From IMG/VR virus record IMGVR_UViG_3300027752_001031: 64,000 nucleotides of DNA; one strand, written 5' to 3'. The number at the start of each line of letters is the position of its first letter. Position 1 is the stretch's first letter. Source of the DNA: an uncultured virus (IMG/VR IMGVR_UViG_3300027752_001031). Taxonomy: Duplodnaviria; Heunggongvirae; Uroviricota; Caudoviricetes. The position numbers were made by a program, and so were the translations under genes. The notes below the pieces were generated by a model. That model was not told where the DNA came from. It did no database searches and saw only the letters and a program-made list of their open reading frames with translations. This document shows positions 52,121 through 59,725 of this stretch, in pieces.

Positions 52121-52831
52121 TTATTTAAAATCTTTCCTGTTCCAATCAAGCAGCTTGTATCCCTTTTCTATCTTTGACTTGACCTTTGAAAATTGGGCTT
52201 GGGTGAACTTTGGGTCGTGTTCTTCGATTGAATGCTGCCACGCCTCTCTTTTAAATGGAAAAACTTGGGCAATTGGGGTTCCTGCTGGAATGATTCCGCT
52301 GGCGTTTTTTTTAAAAAGAAAAGGCAGGTTTACTGTATTGTGATAGCCATCTAGGTCAACAACTCCAGATAGAGTTAAAAACGGCAAATCATTTCTATTA
52401 AATGGATGGGTAATCAGAGCGGAATATCCTTTTGGCAAAATCATCGACCAAGCATTCTCGAACTTAAAGGGTTTTGGATTGCAATATTCTGGTACAAGAG
52501 CATCTGGAACCTGGTCCTGATGATGATTGGAAACAAACTCTGGGGTGCCGTAGGACCAAGTTACGAAAATTTCATCATTTTCATTTCTTACAAATATGTC
52601 ACTTCTTAGGGTAATAATGTAGCCAGTAGAAAAAGCGTCCATTATTGGTGGACAAGCCTTGATTGTTGTGTTCTGATTTCCATCGGCGTAGTGCTCTATT
52701 TTTTTACTGCCGCCCTTATACCTTCCAAACTTCTTAAACCATTCTGGAATAGCCTTTACTGCTGGTACTGGCACATTTCCAGCAAGGTATTCCTCAGGAA
52801 TTGACGGTTTAAAAATAATTTTCTTTGACAT
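52121..52831 (-). CDS. Conserved aquatic-phage protein with probable dUTPase-like/jelly-roll fold
   Basis: IPEWFK, TIKACPPIMDAF, PKGYSALITHPFNR, GVVDLD, IPAGTPIAQVFPFKRE; TGCTATAAT at 52857-52865. Confidence 0.6.
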   Translation of the reverse strand: MSKKIIFKPSIPEEYLAGNVPVPAVKAIPEWFKKFGRYKGGSKKIEHYADGNQNTTIKACPPIMDAFSTGYIITLRSDIFVRNENDEIFVTWSYGTPEFVSNHHQDQVPDALVPEYCNPKPFKFENAWSMILPKGYSALITHPFNRNDLPFLTLSGVVDLDGYHNTVNLPFLFKKNASGIIPAGTPIAQVFPFKREAWQHSIEEHDPKFTQAQFSKVKSKIEKGYKLLDWNRKDFK

Positions 52832-52930
52832 TGATACCCTATCTAATATTACTTAAATTATAGCATGGATGAGTAGATAAATACATAGCAGGCATTAATC
52901 TTAAAACTACTAGTGTTTAAGCTTGGCTTA

Positions 52931-53239
52931 TTAGCCTATTGAATCTAGGACTTCTTTTAGCTCCTCGACGGTGAGTCCAAGCTGCATCAGCTTTTCGGCT
53001 GTTGTGGGAATGGACGGCACTGGCATTAGTGGATCTGATGGTCTTGGACCAGCCATAAATTGAGCGTCAGGGTCGGATGCGTGAGCGATTGTTGCCTCTG
53101 CCCAGCTCTGAGGTTCCTCAGCACTAGCCCAAGCTGTTCCGTCTGGCCAATGCGGCTGAATGATTGTAGGCATTTCTGCTTCATCATCAAGCCAAATTTT
53201 TAGCTCGAAAGCTTTTTCTTCGTTTATTTCGTATCTCAT
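52931..53239 (-). CDS. Fibre-associated small protein
   Basis: QPHWPDGTAW; C-terminal KLMQLGLTVEEL. Confidence 0.6.
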   Translation of the reverse strand: MRYEINEEKAFELKIWLDDEAEMPTIIQPHWPDGTAWASAEEPQSWAEATIAHASDPDAQFMAGPRPSDPLMPVPSIPTTAEKLMQLGLTVEELKEVLDSIG

Positions 53240-53248
53240 TTTTTTCCC

Positions 53249-54238
53249 TTATCCGATTGCAATGAAGCCTCCTTGGTCAACCCTAGAGACATAAACCTTT
53301 TGATTAGTCTCAGAAGATTGTGGGCCGTTAAATCTTGTTTCGCTATTTAATCTAGTACTACCGATACTGACCTGTGTATAACCGCTATTCCAAGTATCTG
53401 AATACCAATATGAACCATGCTGCTGTAGCCAGAAGAAGAATGTACCAAAAGCGTAGTGCAGAACGCTATTGCCGTTAAGCTGTAGTGGGTCGGGAGCTGT
53501 TGTAAAAGTGTTCGTACCCGTCCTTTTCCAAAGCTGTTTAGAATTGCTTCTTGTCCCATAAAAATAAGTCCCGTCTGTGGTGACAGATCTGCCGCCATCA
53601 TTCCAGTTCAGGGAGGAAGTGTACTGAGTCCAAGATGTGCCATTACCTATAAAATAAACAAAATCATTTGAGTTGAAATTTGAAAGCGTAGGCTGAATCA
53701 TCCACTCACTTGAGCTTCTGGCGGCTTGGTTAAATCTGTGGGACTGCTGAGCGTAGGTCAGGGGTCCAGTTCCAGATACACCATTGTTAAGGGAGTAGTA
53801 AATGAAATCTGTTTCCATTTCTCCTACCCTACCGCTTATGTAAAATGCATTCGGATCAACGGGGCTTGCTATTACTGCACGGCGTTCTCCGTAGTTGTCG
53901 GTGCTGCTGTTGGGTGCGGTTGTCCATGAACCGCTAGCCCCAGTTGTCGAAATCTTAACGCTGTTTGTAGCAGAGCCTCTTGGTACTGCAATAAAGACAT
54001 TTGCGTTAGCTCCAAAAGCACCCACGTTGTTATCCACCGTTAGTGCTGTAAAGCTAGTGCCAGGACCACCCGTTTGTAGCCAGTAATTACCATTGCCTCG
54101 CCAGATTATCAGGACGCCATCTTTTTCGGTTATACCAGCTTCGCTATCTGCACCGTCCAGGAATACCGTGTAAAACGATTCTGGGTCGAAGCCAGCAGAA
54201 GCCTGTGAGCTTAGAATTCCAAGAAGAATAAAGCTCAT
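53249..54238 (-). CDS. Putative receptor-binding beta-propeller (Asp-box-like repeats)
   Basis: STTGASGSWT, YSLNNG, GNGTSWT, YSDTW repeats; hydrophobic N-terminus MSFILLGILSS. Confidence 0.55.
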   Translation of the reverse strand: MSFILLGILSSQASAGFDPESFYTVFLDGADSEAGITEKDGVLIIWRGNGNYWLQTGGPGTSFTALTVDNNVGAFGANANVFIAVPRGSATNSVKISTTGASGSWTTAPNSSTDNYGERRAVIASPVDPNAFYISGRVGEMETDFIYYSLNNGVSGTGPLTYAQQSHRFNQAARSSSEWMIQPTLSNFNSNDFVYFIGNGTSWTQYTSSLNWNDGGRSVTTDGTYFYGTRSNSKQLWKRTGTNTFTTAPDPLQLNGNSVLHYAFGTFFFWLQQHGSYWYSDTWNSGYTQVSIGSTRLNSETRFNGPQSSETNQKVYVSRVDQGGFIAIG

Positions 54239-55083
54239 TATGCAATTGCCCCGATCAGATATGCCACGGTAGGACTTCCAAACAAAACGGTTGCTGCTGC
54301 ATACTGGGCATCGATGGTCACAGCAGCATCTTTAGAATTAATTGTTGCTCCGCTACCCGAAATTGTAATAACTCCAGTACCAATGTTTACGATGTCTACT
54401 CTATCTCCCGCAGAAAATACAGAACCTGGAACGGTAATTGTTCTAGTTCCAGTAACAGTTATGACTTCACCCTTGTCAGCAGCCGTCAGAGTGTAGCTGG
54501 CGGTCTTTGCATTTACGGAGGGGGTAAGAGACGCCTTAGCATCTAAAGTAGTCTGTAGGGACGTTACATCGCTGATAGCGTGGGTATGAGATGCGTCAGC
54601 CTTAGCTGCAATAGAATTGGTAACGGTAGTAGCAAAGTCTGCATCATCGCCCAATGCTGCAGCAAGTTCGTTTAGGGTATCTAGTGCAGCAGGAGAAGAA
54701 TCTACCAATGCTGCTACTGCTGAATCTGTATATGAGTTTGCAGTAGATACCGCGTCAGATTCTGCTGTATCGGCATATGTCTCTGTAGCATATCCAGTAA
54801 AGTCAACGTTACCTAATTGTGATGCTGGTACATTGGTTGTACCGTCGAGGGTAGCGACACCACTAGCAGTTCCCAAGGAAGCAATCTCAACATAGTCACC
54901 CAAAGATGTATTTAAAGTTGTCTGATCGATGAAGTATCCCAGGTTAGCCCAGCTATTAACTCCATCACCCATTTTGAACTTATTGGTGTCTGATTCCCAA
55001 CCTAGTTCTCCAGATGCAAGAATGGGGTTAATTGAGGTCCACTGCTCTGCAGTACCCTTGCGCTGTTGCATACGTGTTGACAT
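54238..55083 (-). CDS. Fibre adaptor with Mtd-type N-terminal domain
   Basis: MQQRKGT...NPILASGELGWESDTNKFKMGDG, GVATLD, LDTLNELAAA, C-terminal KTASYTL..D.G domain. Confidence 0.75.
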   Translation of the reverse strand: MSTRMQQRKGTAEQWTSINPILASGELGWESDTNKFKMGDGVNSWANLGYFIDQTTLNTSLGDYVEIASLGTASGVATLDGTTNVPASQLGNVDFTGYATETYADTAESDAVSTANSYTDSAVAALVDSSPAALDTLNELAAALGDDADFATTVTNSIAAKADASHTHAISDVTSLQTTLDAKASLTPSVNAKTASYTLTAADKGEVITVTGTRTITVPGSVFSAGDRVDIVNIGTGVITISGSGATINSKDAAVTIDAQYAAATVLFGSPTVAYLIGAIA

Positions 55084-55182
55084 GACACTCCTATTTAAGT
55101 CTTATTCAATTATACATTATTTTTACAAAGATAATGACTATGACTAAAAGAGCCATAGCCACTATCCTATAAAAGATGTTTA

Positions 55183-55419
55183 CTAGATAACTAGTGTGTC
55201 TGCTTCTTCTGCAGTTAGTGGCTCTCCTGCAACTAGCTTAGCTTTTGCAGATGCTTTAAGATCTGCTAGTGCTTGTGCTGCTGCTTCTTTTGCCTGGCGA
55301 TCTAGCTCTGCCTGTGCCGCCATTTCATCACGCTCTGTGATTTCCTCAGCAGATAGCGGTATGTATTTTGTGGTCTTAGCCTTAGCATCAACCACTACCT
55401 TCATAGGTGCTTCATTCAT
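55183..55419 (-). CDS. Fibre-associated small protein
   Basis: PLSAEEI...SAKAKLVAGEPLTAEEA. Confidence 0.65.
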   Translation of the reverse strand: MNEAPMKVVVDAKAKTTKYIPLSAEEITERDEMAAQAELDRQAKEAAAQALADLKASAKAKLVAGEPLTAEEADTLVI

Positions 55420-55744
55420 TTACTTCACTCCAATTCTGGGAATCTTCGTCCCATGTGTATAGTTTATCGTCTGTTGGGTAAGGGGTTGGCGCTGTCCAGT
55501 TGCAAGTATCATCTAGTGTCCAAGACTCATAAGGCTTAGGCGGGATAAAGGCATCTAGCTCAGTGTCATAACTGAATCCTACGCCTGCAAAGTTCTTGCG
55601 AATGTTGCCGTTATAGCTTGTCTGAATCCAAGTGCCACCTAGATTTTCTACAAACCAGTCATAGCCCTCATTGGGAAAGTCGTTGTCTCCAACTAATACC
55701 CTGAGAACGATGTTGTCGTTGTCTATCTCTGCAAAATAACTCAT
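55412..55744 (-). CDS. Fibre-associated small protein (putative chaperone)
   Basis: FAEIDNDNIVLRV...WIQTSYNGNIRKNFAGVG..YD...DAFIPPKPY.SW. Confidence 0.7.
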   Translation of the reverse strand: MSYFAEIDNDNIVLRVLVGDNDFPNEGYDWFVENLGGTWIQTSYNGNIRKNFAGVGFSYDTELDAFIPPKPYESWTLDDTCNWTAPTPYPTDDKLYTWDEDSQNWSEVNE

Positions 55745-57078
55745 GCTGCATACCTCACAATTACAATTCCAGAACCGCCCGCTGCACCAGTGCCATTACC
55801 AACCCCAGCAGTAGAACCGCCAGCACCACCACCACCGCCAGTGTTTACTGTTCCGGCGCTACCTGCTGAATTATTAGAAGTGCCTTGACCGCCACCGCCA
55901 TCGCCACCTGGACCAGGGGCACCACCATTGCTTCCACCACCGCCACCGCCAGCACGAATTACAGCAGTTCCAGATATAGAGCTAGAGACTCCATCTCCAC
56001 CATGTCTTTGACCATCTGTGTTTCCAGCTTCGCCAGCACCGCCACCACCACCACCGTTAGGGTTTGAGCCAGCACCACCTGCAAAGCCTTGTCCAGTAGA
56101 CGGAAAGCCTCCCTCATAACTTGTGCCTTGCGCTGAACCGCCACCGCCGCTTGCTCCGTTGCCGCCGTCTGCATCAGTAGAACCGCCACCGCCACCGCTA
56201 GAGGTTATTGTGCTAAATACTGAGCTAACGCCTGTGCCACCAGAACCGCCACCGCCAGCCGTTCCACCTGCGCCGACTGTGACCGTGTAGCCAGTTGCCG
56301 ACAAGCTCAATGCCGTTTCAGCACCAGCGCCACCACCAGAAGTTCCAAAACTAGTTCTGTATCCGCCAGCACCACCGCCACCGCCCTGAGAACCGCCACC
56401 GCCGCCGCCACCTGCGATAACCAGATAGTCACAAGTCAAAGACTCGGTAGGAGTGAATGTGCCTGAAGATGTAAAGGTGTGAATCCAGTAGCCATCAACG
56501 TTAGTAATTGTGCCACCTGTTGCTTTTGGCGGCAATACAAACGATCCTGTTGCCCCAGTTGCATCTGCGTTTGTGACTAGGTAGAGCGAGGCTGTTGTGT
56601 ATTCCACAAAATCGCCTACGGTAGCATAAATCTTGATAGAGGTTATTGCCTCAGCTACATCACGATAAAAGTTTGCCACGCCTTGATACGCCTCGGTAGC
56701 ATTATTTTCGCTAACCGCCATAAAAGTAGCGTATGTGTCCTGAGCAGAACTGAAATTAGAAATGTAAAGCTCTGCATTACCGAAGGTGTTTGCCGTAGCG
56801 CCGTTCTTTTGCAACGAGAGATTTTCAAGAAAGCTTGTTGGACCAACACCCCTGCGGTTAAGAGTAGAACCGTCACCTGCTATACCTGTTGTGTGATACA
56901 CAGAGCTAGTATCACCATTGAACTGAAACCTATACTCAGTCGCAATTCCAGAGGCGTTTGACCTCGCACTAATAAGCACCTTAAGGTCTGCACCATCTAC
57001 GCCCTCAATAGGGTCAAATTCTATGCTTGAGGCTCCGCTTGAGCCTACCGTTACCGTTTCTAAAAGTGTGTAAGCCAT
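55741..57078 (-). CDS. Fibre protein: beta domain plus glycine-rich C-terminus
   Basis: KATGGTIT...IHTFTSSGTF...YLVIAGGGGGG...GGSGIVIVRY. Confidence 0.75.
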   Translation of the reverse strand: MAYTLLETVTVGSSGASSIEFDPIEGVDGADLKVLISARSNASGIATEYRFQFNGDTSSVYHTTGIAGDGSTLNRRGVGPTSFLENLSLQKNGATANTFGNAELYISNFSSAQDTYATFMAVSENNATEAYQGVANFYRDVAEAITSIKIYATVGDFVEYTTASLYLVTNADATGATGSFVLPPKATGGTITNVDGYWIHTFTSSGTFTPTESLTCDYLVIAGGGGGGGSQGGGGGAGGYRTSFGTSGGGAGAETALSLSATGYTVTVGAGGTAGGGGSGGTGVSSVFSTITSSGGGGGSTDADGGNGASGGGGSAQGTSYEGGFPSTGQGFAGGAGSNPNGGGGGGAGEAGNTDGQRHGGDGVSSSISGTAVIRAGGGGGGSNGGAPGPGGDGGGGQGTSNNSAGSAGTVNTGGGGGAGGSTAGVGNGTGAAGGSGIVIVRYAA

Positions 57079-57080
57079 TG

Positions 57081-57572
57081 TTAGACCTCTCCATGTATGC
57101 CGAATAATTTAAATGTGCTGCCAATGGCAAAGCTTCCGCTGTTAACACCTATGGCTATAGAGCTAATTGCGGTATTGCTTGCATAGCGACCCGACACTAT
57201 TGTTTGTATTGACCCTGTTCTTCCATTGTGAGCAAGCGTAGACTTATGCTTGTCGCTTGCCGAGTAGTCAAAAATTTCCATTTTTGTAATGTTAGCTACT
57301 GTCGTTGTTCCGCTTTCAGTGTTAAAATGCCTAGCGGCAGTTTCAGCACTCGAGCCACTTGAACTGCCAGTGTTGTATATATAAACATACTTGTAGTTAG
57401 TTCCCCCATCACCGTTCAAAGTGATAAGCCCTTGCACGCTACTCGTAGCGCCTTTGTGTTCAATCATCAATACAAGGTCTGAGTAGTCCTGACTAATGCT
57501 TCCAAAAGACACTTCACTGGCTGCTACTGCAAGCGTGAGTGTTGCTAGTGGTATGTATGTAGATGTAGCCAT
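57081..57572 (-). CDS. Fibre tip beta-domain protein (paralog 2 of 3)
   Basis: YIPLATLTL...FGSISQDYSDLVL...NGD...AISSI...FKLFGI. Confidence 0.7.
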   Translation of the reverse strand: MATSTYIPLATLTLAVAASEVSFGSISQDYSDLVLMIEHKGATSSVQGLITLNGDGGTNYKYVYIYNTGSSSGSSAETAARHFNTESGTTTVANITKMEIFDYSASDKHKSTLAHNGRTGSIQTIVSGRYASNTAISSIAIGVNSGSFAIGSTFKLFGIHGEV

Positions 57573-57574
57573 GA

Positions 57575-58153
57575 TCAGCCTTTCACGCCGTAAAGAGAAA
57601 CCCTAGAGTAAGCCGCAAAATCTCCAACAATGGGAGCGAGAGAAATCTCTGTTAGTGATGCGGTGTTCATCCACAGCCCTGAGGATAATCCAACCTGTGT
57701 TGCATAAGCCGCATCAAGATTCATGCCCCTTAAGCTTCTTGAGGTTGTGTATTTATTTGAGCTAAACGCATCAGTCAGGTCAACTACAGCAACGCCAAAC
57801 GCATCTGTGGTGTCACTGGCAGAGGGTTCGGCAAAAGGAATTATGTAGCTAGTGGTAGCCTCGGCATAAGACGAGACAGTGCTACCATCACCTTTCAAAA
57901 AGTGCATCTGGCGATAGTTAGCGGTTGTGTCACCATTGAATGTCATTATGACATTGTTTGAACCACTAATAGCCCTAGTGTCTCTAGTTGTAGCCCGTAT
58001 CTGAAGGTGTTTGTAATCCGAAGCATAGACATCAAGATTCTCAAAAACAATACTGGTCGAGCTAGTAGATAAAACTTCCGACTCAAGTAGGTCATAGGAA
58101 CTAGCAGCGCTAGCGCCAGCCGCTCCTAAATATCCAAAAAACCAGGGGGCCAT
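57575..58153 (-). CDS. Fibre tip beta-domain protein (paralog 1 of 3)
   Basis: YDLLESEVL...YKHLQIR...FNGDT...SLYGVKG; hydrophobic N-terminus. Confidence 0.7.
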   Translation of the reverse strand: MAPWFFGYLGAAGASAASSYDLLESEVLSTSSTSIVFENLDVYASDYKHLQIRATTRDTRAISGSNNVIMTFNGDTTANYRQMHFLKGDGSTVSSYAEATTSYIIPFAEPSASDTTDAFGVAVVDLTDAFSSNKYTTSRSLRGMNLDAAYATQVGLSSGLWMNTASLTEISLAPIVGDFAAYSRVSLYGVKG

Positions 58154-58154
58154 A

Positions 58155-58637
58155 CTATCCTAGATCACCAACCAAAACATATACTCCAGAAGCTACGCAC
58201 TTTACAGATGCTGGTGCATACTGTGCATTTGTTAGAAGTTTTGCACCTTTAGAATTTAGAGTTACTCCGCTACCTGCTGCAAATGTAATCTGTAGGGCAT
58301 TGTTCTGAAGGAAGTCAACCTGCTCTCCAACAGAAAGAACATCATCTACTGTAATAGTAATTGCTGCAGAGTTTGTAATCAGCTTTCCAGCATCTCCAGA
58401 TACAAGAGAATAGCTTGTAGCCTTGTCATCGATTGTCTGGCCAGTATCAAAGCCGCCGTCTGTTCCAGCAGTTCCCTGTACTCCACCATATCCAAGAGCA
58501 GTCCATGCAGTTGCACCATCGCCTAGCTTAAATAGGTCTGTGTCTGTCTCAATGCCGATTTCTCCTACAGCAAGTGTTGGATCATTTGATGTCCAGTTTG
58601 CTGCGGTATCGTTACGAAGTTGAATTTGTACTGCCAT
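58155..58637 (-). CDS. Fibre adaptor with Mtd-type N-terminal domain
   Basis: IQLRNDTAANW...LAVGEIGIETDT..FKLGDG; C-terminal SYSLVSGDAGK...VLVGDL. Confidence 0.75.
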   Translation of the reverse strand: MAVQIQLRNDTAANWTSNDPTLAVGEIGIETDTDLFKLGDGATAWTALGYGGVQGTAGTDGGFDTGQTIDDKATSYSLVSGDAGKLITNSAAITITVDDVLSVGEQVDFLQNNALQITFAAGSGVTLNSKGAKLLTNAQYAPASVKCVASGVYVLVGDLG

Positions 58638-58639
58638 GA

Positions 58640-59197
58640 TTAGAAGCTCCCTGAAGTTCCACCGATGATTGGCGCTAGCCCACCATAGTTAGTATTTGCT
58701 TTGCCGCCATCCAGGTTAAAGGCTGGGTCGACATAGTCTGTAATGTCTGCAATCACGTGTGTGTGTACAGTATTTGCTTTTCCGCTAATAGAAGTATTAA
58801 TTGTAGTGATAAAGTCTGCATTGTCACCAATAGCAGCGGCTAGTTCATTAAGAGTGTCTAGAGTAGCTGGTGCTCCATCAACAAGGGCTGCGACTGCAGC
58901 GTTAATATCTGCAGTAACATCAATATTTAGTTGAGCAGCTGGAACAAATCCGCTTGCATCCAGGGTAGCAACACCATTTGCTGCACCAGCAGAAGCTAGT
59001 GGAACATAGTCTCCTAGAGATGTAGACAAGGCTGTTGTGTCAATAAAGTAAGTAAGACTTGACCAAACGTTTACCCCATCACCCATTTTGAACTGATTAG
59101 TGTCAGTCTCAAAACCGATTTCTCCTGCAGCTAGAACTGGATTAGCGGTAGTCCACTGAGTCCCAGTTCCTCGACGCTGTTGCATGCGTGTTGCCAT
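58640..59197 (-). CDS. Fibre adaptor with Mtd-type N-terminal domain
   Basis: MQQRRGT...NPVLAAGEIGFETDTNQFKMGDG; TGCTATAAT at 59223-59231. Confidence 0.75.
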   Translation of the reverse strand: MATRMQQRRGTGTQWTTANPVLAAGEIGFETDTNQFKMGDGVNVWSSLTYFIDTTALSTSLGDYVPLASAGAANGVATLDASGFVPAAQLNIDVTADINAAVAALVDGAPATLDTLNELAAAIGDNADFITTINTSISGKANTVHTHVIADITDYVDPAFNLDGGKANTNYGGLAPIIGGTSGSF

Positions 59198-59237
59198 TGA
59201 TGCTCTCCTTATTTACTACTATATTATAGCATTAAAA

Positions 59238-59699
59238 TTAATTAAAGTTATCTGTTGCCGTTCCACCATTCCATGTGTTATCCCATGAAGTAGTTGAGGC
59301 TGTTCCTGCGTCCTGATAATCAGCACCAGCATCTGTTACGATACCGCCATCATAAAAGCGGGTAACGATAAATCCGTTTCCGTCAATTGATGTGTCGTGG
59401 ATGTGGTCTGGTAGCTCTTCTGCATCTGTAAGAGTTGCAATGTATACCCATACGCCGTTAAAGAAAATTCCCATGCGACCAAAGGTGCTATCTAGATAGA
59501 TATCTCCTTCGCTAGCACCCTCTGGTGGGGTAGCAGATCTAGCAAGGTTAAGGTCTTGTAGAAGTGCATCTACATAACCCTTAGTTGTTAGATGTGTGCT
59601 TTGAGTAGGAGTGGCAGCTGTGACAGTACCTCCGAAAGTACCGTCATTTGCTATTTGTATTCCATTTTTGACTTTAAAGTCTTTGTTAACTGTAGCCAT
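59238..59699 (-). CDS. Short fibre-like protein
   Basis: MATVNKDFKVK N-terminus shared with the next gene; TKGYVD; DGG-type tail motifs. Confidence 0.65.
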   Translation of the reverse strand: MATVNKDFKVKNGIQIANDGTFGGTVTAATPTQSTHLTTKGYVDALLQDLNLARSATPPEGASEGDIYLDSTFGRMGIFFNGVWVYIATLTDAEELPDHIHDTSIDGNGFIVTRFYDGGIVTDAGADYQDAGTASTTSWDNTWNGGTATDNFN

Positions 59700-59725
59700 T
59701 AACTGCCACTCCTTTTCTCAATTTA

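Noticed and set aside
48651..59231. Invertible shufflon
   Set aside because: All cassettes have the same orientation, with no recombinase or flanking inverted sites in the window.
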